From assembly GCA_964106645.2 (NCBI GenBank), contig OZ067039.1: a stretch of 64,000 bases of DNA; one strand, written 5' to 3'. The stretch's first letter is position 1; every line of letters begins with the position of its first letter. Positions 55,251 through 64,000 of this stretch are shown here, piece after piece. The notes below the pieces were generated by a model. That model was not told the origin of the DNA. It worked only from the letters and a program-made list of their open reading frames with translations, and ran no database searches. The translations under genes and the position numbers were made by a program. The stretch comes from Podarcis pityusensis. Its lineage: Eukaryota.

Positions 55251-57567
55251 TGCACATACCATCAAAATCCTGAAATCATTTTTCAGGATTAATTATGGGT
55301 AGGGATGGGGGATAAATTAAATTCAGTGTGCATTCTAAAGTGAATCTGTCTAATTCAAAATTCCTGGAAAAAATATGCAAACTGAAAACAGCTATCCTTC
55401 AAAAATTCTCACTTCTCTGAATTACATTATGTAGCTCTCAAACAATATAAAGTATACAAAATGCATATATTATTTTAGTACATTTATTTATTTATTTAAC
55501 AAAATATATATAGTGCTTACATGACAAAAGGCCTCTAAGCAGTTCGCAAGGAGAAAACATACATTAAAAAACACACCTATTGGTGTATACAAAAATGCTT
55601 TATATTAGGAAAAACTGCTTGCAAAAATGTATACATCAGGAGAATTGCACTCAAAGACTTGCATCTTTTTTATTAAAGAAAACAATAACCTGAAATTAAG
55701 TTTGGAAAATACGAGAAATTCAGGGGGAAATGACACTGGCAGATTCAATCATCCCTGTTGATGGCGAGGGTCGGGCAGTCTCAGCTGCATACATGAGGCA
55801 GTCTTTCAAACATGGTCAGCTGGCTATACCTTAGTTTAATGTTTATACCTGCCCTTCACCTTTGCCAGAGCACCTTACAAATGTCAATATATGGCAATAG
55901 GGCAGGCATTCTGAAATGAAAATGTAAGGAAGTCCCCTGCTTGGGACTAGGATTGAAATCCCCACCATCTAGAGGGGGGAAAGTCCTGGCAAGAAGCACT
56001 GAAGACTAATAGAGCAACAATCCAGGAAGAGAGGCTGAGATTTAAAAATAAAAATAAAAATGTGTGTGCAAAAATCCCCAATTCCCTAAAATCATTATTT
56101 CAGTTCATTCTTCTCTCCGCTTTTCTTCAGAGAGCCGAGAGGAAAGTGAGCTATGTAGCCCATCTTGTTATTTCTGGAAGGTCAAAGAAACCTTGTTTCA
56201 CACTGACATACCCAGATAAAATGGATCATATGAAAAGCATTGGTTGGAGAAGGACAAAAAGCTGTCATAGCATTGCTGAAGATGTGAATCAGGGGCAAAG
56301 TAGCGTTGTGATTTTTTTTGGGGGGGGTCCCTTATTCACAGTCCCTGGATCCAGCAAGGATTCAAATTGCTGGAATAGCTAGACAAGTTTCTCAGTAATG
56401 GTTCTCCAAGTATGGGATGTTAAAGTAACAAAGGAAGTGGCTCTGGGCCAAACAGCCAGTGGGTACCCCCACCCCTTTGTTAGAAAGACAAAGGTGGAGT
56501 TAATGTGTGAGAGGTAGGAGATGGATTCAGGCTGAAGCTTGCGAGGCAGAGCCATGCCTGATTTTTGCTGGAATTCAAGGCTGTGGCAGTGGAAGAAGCA
56601 AGACCTTCTTGGGGTATGGATGGTGTGAGCCCCTCCATCATAGGCTCAGGTTGCACATACATGTAAATAAACCATATGTCGACACCAGTGTGTCTGCTGT
56701 CCCTCATTAAAAAGGAAACCTGGGTAAGTGCCTGGAACCTGCTCGGAGACGTGCAATAATACAGCAAGGAGCCATAGGTTGAGCATACACTCCAGAACAC
56801 TGAAATAAGTGAAATCCAGTATGGTCCAAGGACTTGTTATATTTGAAAGAAGAGTAATTCCCTTAAACTAAGCTATACTTGGCAGCCCTAGGAAGAGGAA
56901 GGAATTTGTTGGCCTCCAGATGTGGTTGGACTCCAACTCCCATCATATGTAGCCAACATGGGCAATAGTCAGGGATGATGGGATCTGGAGTCCAGCGACA
57001 CCTGGAGGGCAGCAGGTTCTCCTCTCCTATTCTACATCATCTTTCATACTAGTGCAAGCATGTTTCTAGTAGTCTATCCTCTCTTTCCCATCACATCTCC
57101 TTGATGCCTCCAAACTCATTTTTAAATTTTCCTATAAAGTGATTCACATGAGACCCTTTTCCAGAAGCACTGTTCAAGCAAGGGAAACAAAATAGCAAGT
57201 CCTCGCCAGTCTGTTTGATTAATTATTCACTCTTTTTTTGAGGAGATGGCTGAGATGGATGGACTATTCATTAAAAAAGAGCACATTGGTATCAGGCTCT
57301 ACATAAGGGGAGTCACAATAGCAGTCAGCGTGGTCAAGAGATTTAGGCGAGCGCGTTAAATGGGATTTTGGAAAAGATGTAAAATGTCCCACTTATTTCC
57401 AGATTGTCAGAAATAATGAGCTAGTTCAAGGGGGAGAGAAAAAATGGGGAGAAAAGAGATTTTACTTACTAGGAACTCTGTTAATGGCTCTCAACGGCCG
57501 GAGTACCCTGACGGTCCGAACAGCTGAGAAACTGACATTCTGCAAGTCCAGAGAGTATTCCAGCATG
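657..57567 (-). CDS. CACNA1G: Voltage-dependent T-type calcium channel alpha-1G (Cav3.1), partial multi-exon CDS: join of 57470-57567, 52572-52731, 49566-49857, 49070-49162, 45672-46470, 41164-41525, 7921-8072, 6426-6611, 5723-5837, 4923-5078, 657-725 (minus strand); gene extends beyond both window ends
   Basis: Exons splice in frame via GT-AG sites. They give S4 voltage sensors ([15 protein letters not shown]; [14 protein letters not shown]) and pore loops TLEGW and TQEDW. Features specific to Cav3.1 rather than Cav3.2/3.3 are [27 protein letters not shown]|[10 protein letters not shown] and the exon-14 peptide ..[11 protein letters not shown]. Exon numbering is by analogy to human. Confidence 0.97.
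728..948 (-). promoter_or_regulatory. AG-exclusion zone with extended polypyrimidine tracts and candidate distant branch point (TTGAC, A at 910) for exon 14
   Basis: No CT on the plus strand (AG on the sense strand) from 728 to 948; on the sense strand ttgAcc is followed by a long pyrimidine tract. Confidence 0.7.
2224..2259. repeat. (GT)n microsatellite
   Basis: Read directly. Confidence 0.95.
2896..3575. mobile_element. Non-autonomous hAT-type MITE, split by an L2 insertion
   Basis: Termini cagggcttttttt...aaaatagcactg; 8-bp flanks ggtaccat/ggcaccat; the two halves match the intact copy at 5389-5530. Confidence 0.8.
2935..3479 (+). mobile_element. 5'-truncated L2-clade LINE (end of ORF2, 3'UTR, (ATT)n tail), relatively young
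   Basis: Uninterrupted [39 protein letters not shown] motif typical of L2 ORF2 C-termini; CpGs retained; tail aataaattattatt. Confidence 0.9.
4923..5078 (-). CDS. CACNA1G: CACNA1G exon 13 (156 nt): [52 protein letters not shown], domain II pore (E) and IIS6
   Basis: ORF 4911..5138; atccag acceptor, gtaacg donor. Confidence 0.97.
5389..5530. mobile_element. hAT-type MITE, uninterrupted copy of the family at 2896-3575
   Basis: Shared internal sequence (gcctctcaggtggg..atggtgagttccggcacc); flanks gatctctc/gctctctc. Confidence 0.75.
5723..5837 (-). CDS. CACNA1G: CACNA1G exon 12 (115 nt): [38 protein letters not shown]
   Basis: ORF 5630..5827; attcag acceptor, gtaatg donor. Confidence 0.97.
6426..6611 (-). 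CDS. CACNA1G: CACNA1G exon 11 (186 nt): [64 protein letters not shown]4-S5
   Basis: ORF 6410..6712; ttttag acceptor, gtgggt donor. Confidence 0.97.
7921..8072 (-). CDS. CACNA1G: CACNA1G exon 10 (152 nt): [53 protein letters not shown]2-S3
   Basis: ORF 7917..8210; ctccag acceptor, gtaact donor. Confidence 0.97.
9019..9200 (-). mobile_element. Old CR1-clade LINE/SINE 3' end
   Basis: ataagaacagaagaagag..ggatcagaccaaaggcc..tccagtatcctg is the reverse complement of a CR1-type 3' terminus. Confidence 0.55.
9340..9800 (-). mobile_element. Degraded L1-like ORF2 3' remnant
   Basis: Minus strand is A-rich with a remnant resembling the MWWxC motif (atgtgtggcagctgtaaaa). Confidence 0.35.
10374..10412. 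repeat. (CT)n microsatellite
   Basis: Read directly. Confidence 0.95.
11480..11617. mobile_element. Short non-autonomous DNA transposon (hAT-like)
   Basis: Termini cataccc.../...gagggtctg with repeated internal gggac/aaatagggac subterminal motifs; no clear TSD. Confidence 0.5.
13244..13443. other. Assembly gap (200 N) in CACNA1G intron 9
   Basis: Run of exactly 200 N. Confidence 0.99.
13629..13756. mobile_element. Hairpin MITE (ggactac..cccatcatccc family)
   Basis: Self-complementary arms cagtgttcttcaa/ttgacgaacacta and agatgttgttggact/agtccagcaacatct. Confidence 0.7.
16445..16612 (+). mobile_element. CR1 LINE 3' end fragment
   Basis: agagctgttcaacagtggaacaggctccc..ggtcccttccaactctacagttcta; similar to the copy at 38166-38717. 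Confidence 0.8.
17011..17047. repeat. (CCAA)n microsatellite
   Basis: Read directly. Confidence 0.9.
20340..21175 (-). mobile_element. Old L2 LINE remnant (RT region)
   Basis: ORF 20620..20835 [27 protein letters not shown] resembles L2 ORF2 LKLNPDKTE..DGVALPLKEQV. Confidence 0.7.
21253..21308. repeat. Perfect 28-bp tandem duplication (gttttaatcacaaaaatgttttgtatga x2)
   Basis: Read directly. Confidence 0.95.
21350..21480. mobile_element. Hairpin MITE, degenerate copy
   Basis: cagaggtgggcaacc..ttgttggatcccatcagc..gatggga..caacatctggag. Confidence 0.6.
26612..26745. mobile_element. Hairpin MITE, degenerate copy
   Basis: cagcttttaccaacctgg..ttggactacaactcccatcatcc..ccaggtcacagaaggctg. Confidence 0.65.
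27215..27431 (-). mobile_element. 5'-truncated L2 3' end, same young family as 2935-3479, opposite orientation
   Basis: Reverse complement aligns to about 3259-3470 with few mismatches by eye. Confidence 0.9.
29866..29908 (+). mobile_element. Truncated tRNA-derived (Squam3-like) SINE head
   Basis: ggatagctcagttg..gctgataaaaccaaggttgca matches the head of the SINE at 61416. Confidence 0.65.
29908..30036 (-). mobile_element. Sauria SINE, 5' tRNA-related portion only
   Basis: Reverse complement reads ggaacgcgggtggcgctgtgggttaaacc..gccgatcagaaggtcggcggttcgaatccc..gtgagctcccgttg, with A- and B-box-like motifs. Confidence 0.85.
31120..31560. mobile_element. Old AT-rich non-autonomous DNA element; related copy in inverse orientation at 55300-55755
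   Basis: tttcagtttgcatagtgttttggaatgtgcaaattaggtaggttcacctttaaatg is the reverse complement of sequence near 55325-55390. Confidence 0.55.
32809..32904 (-). mobile_element. tRNA-derived SINE with CR1-type tail (short, degenerate)
   Basis: Reverse complement atagctctgttggtagagcaggagactcttaatc..gggttcgattcc..ggtcccttccaactacagttcta. Confidence 0.7.
33445..33601 (-). mobile_element. tRNA-derived SINE with CR1-type tail, inserted into a hairpin MITE; internal 17-bp duplication at 33545-33578
   Basis: Tail tcatagaattggaagggacc..ccctgcaatgcagg; MITE sequence on both sides (caggctggggaaactc / ctccaaactgctggactcc). Confidence 0.7.
35706..35947. mobile_element. Tc1/mariner (pogo/Tigger-type) MITE, young
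   Basis: Perfect 18-bp TIRs cagtggtacctcgggtta/taacccgaggtaccactg, TA on both flanks, CpG-rich interior. Confidence 0.92.
36480..37430 (+). mobile_element. Old L2 LINE remnant (RT and C-terminal region)
   Basis: Degenerate YADDTQL (tatagtgatgatatccagctt), LNPxKxEV, RLDxCN and QLVQNxAARL motifs, interrupted by stops and frameshifts. Confidence 0.75.
38166..38717 (+). mobile_element. CR1 LINE 3' fragment
   Basis: ORF 38192..38407 [39 protein letters not shown], characteristic of CR1 ORF2; ttctatgattctat tail. Confidence 0.93.
38784..38905. mobile_element. Hairpin MITE, degenerate copy
   Basis: ctgttggattccaactccca..gggttgcaatccaacaacatc self-complementary arms. Confidence 0.55.
41164..41525 (-). 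CDS. CACNA1G: CACNA1G exon 9 (362 nt): [10 protein letters not shown]...[25 protein letters not shown], end of I-II linker and IIS1
   Basis: ORF 41083..41649; tttcag acceptor, gtaagc donor. Confidence 0.96.
43255..43334. mobile_element. 80-bp Tc1/mariner-type MITE, almost entirely palindromic
   Basis: 32-bp arms cagggtgagtcctttaaaagaggccccatgga / tccacggggcctcttttaaaagactcagcctg (3 mismatches); TA flanks. Confidence 0.88.
43435..43472. repeat. (GT)n microsatellite
   Basis: Read directly. Confidence 0.95.
43557..43812 (+). mobile_element. RTE-BovB LINE 3' end
   Basis: gctgaggctccaatactctggccacctcatg..ggaaaagaccctgatgttgggaaagattgaggg..catggggtcatgaagagtcggacacgactaaac, (CAA)-type tail. Confidence 0.92.
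45672..46470 (-). CDS. CACNA1G: CACNA1G exon 8 (799 nt): end of IS6, gating brake, poly-His tract, I-II linker to TQST
   Basis: ORF 45556..46701 from VGSFFMINL; ttacag acceptor, gtaagt donor. Confidence 0.97.
49070..49162 (-). CDS. CACNA1G: CACNA1G exon 7 (93 nt): [31 protein letters not shown], domain I pore (E) and start of IS6
   Basis: ctacag acceptor, gtgagt donor; TLEGW selectivity filter. Confidence 0.97.
49566..49857 (-). CDS. CACNA1G: CACNA1G exon 6 (292 nt): [33 protein letters not shown]...[13 protein letters not shown], domain I extracellular loop
   Basis: ORF 49506..49841; acceptor ttcctttaag, donor gtgaa; phase 2 to 0. Confidence 0.94.
49908..49943. repeat. (GT)n microsatellite upstream of the exon 6 acceptor
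   Basis: Read directly. Confidence 0.95.
52572..52731 (-). CDS. CACNA1G: CACNA1G exon 5 (160 nt): [54 protein letters not shown]5
   Basis: ctcag acceptor, gtaagt donor; translation matches T-type IS5. Confidence 0.96.
53790..54470 (-). mobile_element. Possible degraded L1-like remnant
   Basis: Pyrimidine-rich plus strand, A-rich and Lys/Glu-rich minus translation; weak motif support only. Confidence 0.3.
55201..55242. repeat. (GA)n microsatellite
   Basis: Read directly. Confidence 0.95.
55300..55755. mobile_element. Old AT-rich non-autonomous DNA element (family of 31120-31560)
   Basis: Termini agggatggggga.../...atcatccct; inverse similarity to 31120-31560. Confidence 0.55.
56890..57030. 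mobile_element. Hairpin MITE, degenerate copy
   Basis: ctccagatgtggttggactccaactcccatcat..gatgatgggatctggagtccagcgacacctggag. Confidence 0.65.
57470..57567 (-). CDS. CACNA1G: CACNA1G exon 4 (98 nt): [32 protein letters not shown], domain I S3-S4
   Basis: ttttcag acceptor and gtaagt donor on the minus strand; classic IS4 arginine repeat; this frame is not in the ORF track. Confidence 0.96.
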
Positions 57568-59545
57568 CTGAAAAAAAAGCAAGAAATAAAGGGAACACAT
57601 CAGAGTTCTGCAGGAAAAAAGTTAGACGCATCCCAAATCAAACAATCGACACATGGTGTCAGGAGAAAAACTCCCTAGCAGGACTTCTGTCCGTGACTGA
57701 ACGGTCCTGGAGGAATTAATTATGGATTTAATTATCATATCAGAATAAAGTTCATGAGCAAAAACTGTTCTATAAAGTCTCCCGTCCCTCTTATCGTCTG
57801 CATTTTTAATGCTCTTTTACAAAAAAAAAGTTTCTGAGGGCCGAAAGTTTCCCAAAGATTCTTTTACCATTGAGGAATGAGAGCATCCAGGGAGGAACTT
57901 TCCCAGTTAGCATAAAAATAAAACACTTTTGATTTGTTTTGTGGTTTCAAGACATGTGACCCGGTCAAAGGCCATTTGAGCAGGAGCAACGTCTCCGTTT
58001 ATGGGATCATCTTGGAGCAAGCTATATGTACCTATATGAATTATCTGACAGAATCATTTTCACACAATAAAAGACTCGTGGGAATCACTCCAAGTGAGGC
58101 CTCATGCTGATGTCAGTATGTGGAAGCATTTTTTCACCAGTCAATTTGCACCTCAGTTCTCTCACCTCTGAAAGTCCTCTGCCAAAACGTCTCATGACTC
58201 AGATCATACATCATATCTCCTCAGGTCTTTTACTGGCTTCCCATCCCCTTCTGTATCTAGCACAAACTTCTCTATAAAACTATCCTCAGCCTTCCACCCC
58301 CTCCCTCAAACCGCCGGCCTCTTTTAGCTCTTGATTCTCATATGCCTCTGTGATTTTGTCTCCTCCAACATTAACAGGCCAACTGAAAATCTCAGTCGAA
58401 ATACCTAAATCTGAAAATCTGAGGCTCACTTGAACACCCCCACCCCATTCTTCCCTGCTGTATTCCATGGATGGAACTCACTTCCTGAATACGTGCAAAC
58501 TCTCTCCCTTCAAACCTCTTCGCAAAACCCATCCATTCCATGTGGCCATGGCACACCCCTTCCGTCTTAATTCCCAAATGTAACAAAGCTTTAAACTTCT
58601 CTCATATCTTTGTCTCTCTCTCTCTCTGTGTCTCAGATTGCGACTTCCTTGGGGACCAGGACCTCTTAATTTTGGCTATAAATCTCTGTACAATACCACT
58701 GATGTTCGTGACTGGACTTAACTGTCAGGGGTCCTTTACCTTTTTATACCAGCTCTCAATGGGGACCAAACCAGCATGGCAAGAATTCTTTCTTTTTTTT
58801 CTTTATTATTTCATAAAATGTATATGCCACTCTTGTAAAAACACAAAAACAAAAAAACACCTCCAAGTGGTTTACAATAAGGATTAAGCAATAAAATCAG
58901 GAAAAAGTTACAACAGTACTTTAAAATATACAAAAAATAAAATACTAAAGCGGATTAAAATTATTTTGACTTTCTGAGCATCTTGGTAAAGGTAAAGGTA
59001 AGGCTTGTCTAAATAAAAATGTTTTTAGCGAGCGTCGAATACTACAGTGAAGGCGCCTGCTTGATCTCAGTGGGCAACTTGGGGCGCTTTGGAGGTTTCC
59101 ATGCCCACTCCCCAAGTAAAAGTGCCATGTCCATATCCCCCTGCCAAGTAAGATTTGCCCACACACAAAGCCTAATGTTGCTCTGTCCTTTTCTGTCCTG
59201 ATACAGCTCTATGTTTTCCTACGTAATATCAATATTTCTTTAGGCCTGTGGGCTTTGCAATAAGTAAAGCTGTCAAAAAAATGTTGCCTGTGGAACACTG
59301 AAGAGCTCTGGATTGTTTTTTGGTAAAACACAGAATGCGAGGTTTTTTAAAATTAAAAAAAGAAGTTAAAAGCTTTATTTAATTTGTTCCAAAAACTGCT
59401 TTAACAAGAAACAAGCAAAGCCAGAGTTCTTCAGAACTCAACAAGACAGACTCACATTGTAAGTTTGTTGTGAGGCTTGTAAAGCCTCCTGGAGGACACA
59501 GGCAACCACCAGAAAGAAAAGTTTGTGTGAATCTGTAAAGAAATA

Positions 59546-59777
59546 CAATGACACCTTGGTTTATTAACTTAATCCATTCCAGAAGTCTGTTCTTAAATCA
59601 AGGCATGCTTTCCCCTAGCAGCGGGGGACTCAATTTACAAATGGAACACACTCAACAGGAGGCGGAACATTTTCTGCTTCCAAGGCAAAGTTCACAAACC
59701 AAAACACCTACTTCTGGGTTTGCAGTGTTTTTAATCCAAGTTGTAAACTAAGCGGTCCTTAAACCAAAGTACCACTG
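59546..59777. mobile_element. Older pogo/Tigger-type MITE related to 35706-35947
   Basis: Degenerate TIRs caatgacaccttggttta/taaaccaaagtaccactg with TA flanks. Confidence 0.7.
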
Positions 59778-60143
59778 TAATGGAATGTGCACTCAGCTAC
59801 CTAGTCATCATTTTAAGGTAAGAAAGCAACAAACCCCACCTCCCCCCCCCGCCCCACAAACAGACCATGAAGGAAAGTCAATCCCTTTTACGCCCCCTAC
59901 AAAAAGCCCATGGAACTTATTTGTCTGCAAACTGTCAGGTTTAATCCACTCCAGAGGGACTCCTGTGCCACGACATTTCATCTACTTTGGTCAAAAGCTG
60001 GAAGAGGTTTTGCCGCTTAATGTTCCATACTATAGTGAAAATGGGGGGAAACAAAACAGAGTTGCTCAAGAGCTGAAGTACAGATCAAAGCAGAGAGCGC
60101 ACCGAGCAACACAGAAAGAGACTGGATTTTTTCAAAGTGCAGA

Positions 60144-60144
<1 letters not shown>

Positions 60145-60178
<34 letters not shown>
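60145..60178. repeat. (ATT)n microsatellite
   Basis: Read directly. Confidence 0.95.
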
Positions 60179-60180
<2 letters not shown>

Positions 60181-61415
60181 CACCAAAAGGCAAATCTCGG
60201 GGCTTGTGAGAGAAGTCTGAGCATTCTTGCAACCTTATAACCATCAACATGCTTCTCCAGGCATCCTTTTCCCAGCCATGGAAAGGCAGGAGAACTGTGG
60301 AGAAAGAATGCATAAAACTCTAAGAATGTCTCGCAGTCCTTTCCGGCAGAGAGAAGTGGCACACTGGCTTGCAAACAGAAATAAAGCAGCCTCTTGGATG
60401 CGCTTTCCCCTAATATCCTATCCATTCAGCTCAGCATCTTTCTGTTTAGTTTAGTTTTTCTTATCTTCCCCTAGCAACAAGCATTCCAAGACCATAATGT
60501 GAAGTAAGATTCAGCTGAGGAAACTAATGCTGGTTTGTTTCTCTTCTGGATGGCAGTTTTGCTAGAGATTCGGATAAGGAAAGCAGTTTTGATAAACAAG
60601 TTCATTTCTCAGGTGAGCCTGTCTGGGAACTTGTAGCAAAATAAGGAAACACTTGCTGCAAATTCTGGATTCACTTTTCTTACATAGAGGTACAGAAAAT
60701 GTCATTTATGAGCCAACTCTGAACCATTCACCTGTGCAGAACTGCTTCGAAGAGAGACTACTCCGAACATGCAGAATTTAGGAATAGAGAGCAGAATTCA
60801 GTGTAGGAGGGCAAGCATGTGGGAAATGGGGTCTGCTTACAGAATAGGACTTTCCCCTTGTCCCCTTGCACACCCCCTAAAGCTGTTCTGCCCCACCTCA
60901 GCCCTCCAGAGCAGATTTAGGGGGTGTGGGGTGCATGGGAGAGGAAGTCCTGTTGAGTGGACAGATCCCATTCCACACATGCAACAACTAAGTTTATCAG
61001 TGGTCATCCATGACACACCACAAATCACAGCTATAGATGTACAACATAACCTTCATTTTACCTAGTGGAATGTACCTGAGTAACTTAATGGCTTACTATA
61101 TTCCTTCTACTTAAAGGTAGCTGCTTGCATAATAGCAATTTTGCAAGCATCTTCTAAAAGTTCCTTTGCAGCCAGAACCATATTTACTAGATTGAGTGAT
61201 GTCTGATTTATTATAATGAGAAATAGATGCTGTCTCTGCATGGCAGAGAAAAACTCCAGTGCAAATAGACATCAGATCAACACACAAAGGGTGTCAGAAT
61301 GCAGATCTGTTCTCACAATGGGACTTCCCCTTCCTCTCCTCTCCCTGCCCATCAATCTGCTCCAAGGGAGCTGCAGGGAACAGAAGGGGGTGGGTGGGAT
61401 TCCATCACAACCCAG

Positions 61416-61565
61416 TCAGGCTGGATAGCTCAGTTGGTTAGAGCATGGTGCTTATAACGCCAAGGTTGCAGGTTCAATCCCTGTATGAGATGACTGCATA
61501 TTCCTGCATTGCAGGGGCTTGGACCAGATGATCCCCAGGATCCCTTGCAACTCTACAGTTCTATG
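61416..61565 (+). mobile_element. Squam3-like tRNA-derived SINE with CR1-derived 3' tail
   Basis: A box tagctcagttgg, B box ggttcaatccc, then ttcctgcattgcagggg..caactctacagttctatg. Confidence 0.85.
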
Positions 61566-63054
61566 TACATAACCCTTTTTGAGGTGTTGTTTCCTATGCT
61601 CCTATGTTTCCTATGGAGTACCAAACCAGTTGCGCAGTGATTCCCCATGCTGCAGAAGCACCTTTAAACTCTACAATCCCTCCTGTAGTGCAAGCAAAAA
61701 GAAAAAGAAAAGACTCAAAAGACAGAGGGGGCGGACGGACTTGGGAATAAAGAGAACACCAGTCTACTAAAACCAAGAGATCTGAAAACATTTAAACTGC
61801 ATACAAAGCCAAATCAGAGCAGTTCATTTTGTGCTGACGGGAAGTTTATGAGCAAGTTGTGAATATGCATAACCGCTGTAAGGGAAAAATGTGAAAAGAA
61901 GGTGAGAGCTTGGAGGAGCATCAGATGTTCACAATGTGGGAACCCCTATAAGAGAATGATCCTGCAGATGTCCCTGTCAGGAGGAGAAGTGCCCACATAT
62001 GCGTATGGTGGATTGAAAGTCACCCAGCTGAAGCAGGGGTGGGCAAGATGCAGTTATTTTACTGGAGGTTAGAATGGGATTGAAATCTCTCTACCCCCGC
62101 CTAACTAATTCTAATTTATCACAGCATCTGAGAAGTGTGGTTTAACAGTCTTGAATTGCATTTTGCACGTCAAGAAGGCATATCTACAGCACGGGTACCT
62201 GAGCAAGGGAGTAAAGAGCTGTGCGCACATCCCCTTTCAAAATATTCCATTTGCAGACAGGGGAATTCTGTCTGTCCATTTCACCAAATTTCTTCAGGGG
62301 CAAGGAATTTTCCCAGCAGTTTTTTGGTGTCAGGGACTGGCAGGGTTCTGAAGAGTGTGTGGCAAAGGCTGGGCAGGGGGCAAGGGGCAGAGGCCAACTC
62401 AAGAGAGAGAACCAGCTAATTATGGGGTTTTGTGCCACTCAGGAGGCTAGAGCCAAGGCTGGAGGAAGGGGAAGAGCCTGAGCAGTCAACAGCAGGAGAG
62501 GAGGTGCAGGATGTGGAGGAAGAGGCTGTTCAGGTGAGGTGCAGGGCAGTTGAATCCTCACTGTCCCCTGGAACCAAGAGGGGCTTGAATAGGCAAGCGC
62601 AGAGGCGACTTCTGTATTGGAGAAGTCACCGGTCACTTTTGCACACTCCATCCGAAAAGAATATTTAAGCTGGGAGGGGGGCATGGTCCCACTGTTGTTT
62701 CAGCTGTTCAGCCAGGGCACAAGCCTGGGCAAGTTAATGCCAGCTATGTAGTTGCTAAAAGCGTGTGTGAATGTGTATTTGGTGCATCTTAGAAGCTTCT
62801 GTGAAGCATGCTTTTGTTAACGAAGAATTAAACTACCGGCTGTTTGTCCTCCTTGGCTGAGTGCGAGCAGGACACCTGGGGGATGGAGTTCACCATTTGC
62901 AGGGACACCTGGACAGGGTCCCCCCCACACACACTTTCCCCTGAAGGCTTCATTTCTTTCTGCTGCTTCAAGTAGCAAGAGCAGCATCTTTGTTGGCAAC
63001 CTAGTCACTGTTTTGCATCCTCCACAATGCCATAGTCCTAGCATTGCTCCAGAG

Positions 63055-63181
63055 CAGGCATAGGCAAACTCCGGCTCTCCAGATGTTTGGGACTACAATT
63101 CCCATCATCCCTAGCTAACAGGACCAGTGGTTTGGGAATTGTAGTCCCAAATATCTGGAGGGCGGAGTTTGCCTACGCCTG
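63055..63181. mobile_element. Young hAT-type hairpin MITE with perfect 8-bp TSD (ctccagag)
   Basis: TIR caggcataggcaaactcc/ggagtttgcctacgcctg, arms pair for about 50 bp; TSD at 63047-63054 and 63182-63189. Confidence 0.93.
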
Positions 63182-64000
63182 CTCCAGAGCATGGGGAACT
63201 GAGCAGGTGAGGAATGGCAGCTGCCACAAAAGAATGGTGTAGAACATTTTCAGAAAATTCTGCAAGGTTGCTTTCTTTTTCTATAGGGTAAGGGTGAGAT
63301 AAAGAGAAATATCTGAAATGTTCTCATTAAAAACATGTCTTCTGGGGAATTTTGGGCCAACCCTAAGGGAAAATTAGTACCTTCACCAAATTACAATTGC
63401 CAGGATTGTGCTTTTGAAAGTTATGAAAGTTCAACTGCATCAGTACTATACTAATTTTTAGGAACCACACAAGCACAACATTGACTGATTTGGAAGTGGC
63501 AGAGGATTCATGAAATGATATGTTTACTTGCTCCATGTGAATCAGCCACAAGATGGCTCCCTGAGCTGAAGACAGTTCCAGACTGGTTACAGATGATAAC
63601 ATGAGGGTGGGGGGGGGGGGGACTGAGCTAGAATCTGAACTTGGTACAGACTTGTTTGTTTCTTTGTAGGACATTTCAATGAACCTATAATGGGCCCTCC
63701 ATTATTCTACAAAGAAGACAGGTGGTTGCTGGATCTTGTTAGATTCTAATTGGGAAAGAAGCAGCAGTCTTCATAGCCAATCACGGGCATGGTTCTCCAT
63801 GGGGATTTCCAACATGCAAATTAGAAATATCACACAAGGAACCTTGGGGACCTTCTCTAGAGCAACGCACACCCAATGTCAGCACATCCAACCCACTTCA
63901 TTTCCTGAGGATGTGAAATTATATACAAGAAATGACTGGGCTGCATTTTATTCTTCTTAAAGCTCTGCCATATATTCTTTAAAGTACACCATAAGATCTT

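Noticed and set aside
61416-61490. tRNA gene (also 32830-32904 and 29960-30036)
   Set aside because: Cloverleaf is degenerate and runs into CR1-type or Sauria SINE bodies; these are SINE heads
57568-64000. CACNA1G exon 3 or the promoter
   Set aside because: No sequence encoding AFDDFIFAFF..GDTWNRLDFFIV and no CpG island found by eye; presumably beyond the window
1-64000. CRISPR array, operon, viral insert or other novel multi-gene system
   Set aside because: No regularly spaced repeat-spacer array and no long non-TE ORF outside the CACNA1G exons; the remaining short ORFs look like random intronic frames

Overview
Vertebrate genomic DNA, very probably from a lacertid lizard (inferred from Sauria SINE, Squam3-like SINE, RTE-BovB, CR1, L2 and hAT/Tc1 MITE content). 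The whole window lies inside one gene on the minus strand: CACNA1G, the T-type voltage-gated calcium channel Cav3.1. I located eleven coding exons with GT-AG boundaries and consistent phases, corresponding to exons 4-14 in human numbering. They total 2482 nt and run from domain I S3/S4 through the I-II linker and domain II into the II-III linker. They include the 69-nt alternatively spliced exon 14, which the ORF track does not translate. Exons 1-3 and 15 onward lie outside the window. Intron 9 is at least 33 kb and contains a 200-N assembly gap. The introns are filled with LINE, SINE and MITE remnants and microsatellites. I found no CRISPR array, functional RNA gene or second protein-coding gene, and I cannot support a wholly new biological system. 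The most interesting observations are: (1) a 221-nt AG-free zone with a candidate distant branch point before exon 14, plus PTB/RBFOX-type motifs; (2) a pair of inverted, closely related L2 copies bracketing the in-frame 609-nt block of exons 10-13 (circRNA or skipping candidate); (3) hairpin MITEs carrying a ZNF143/THAP11-type motif; (4) nested or fused transposons and a nested-palindrome cluster.
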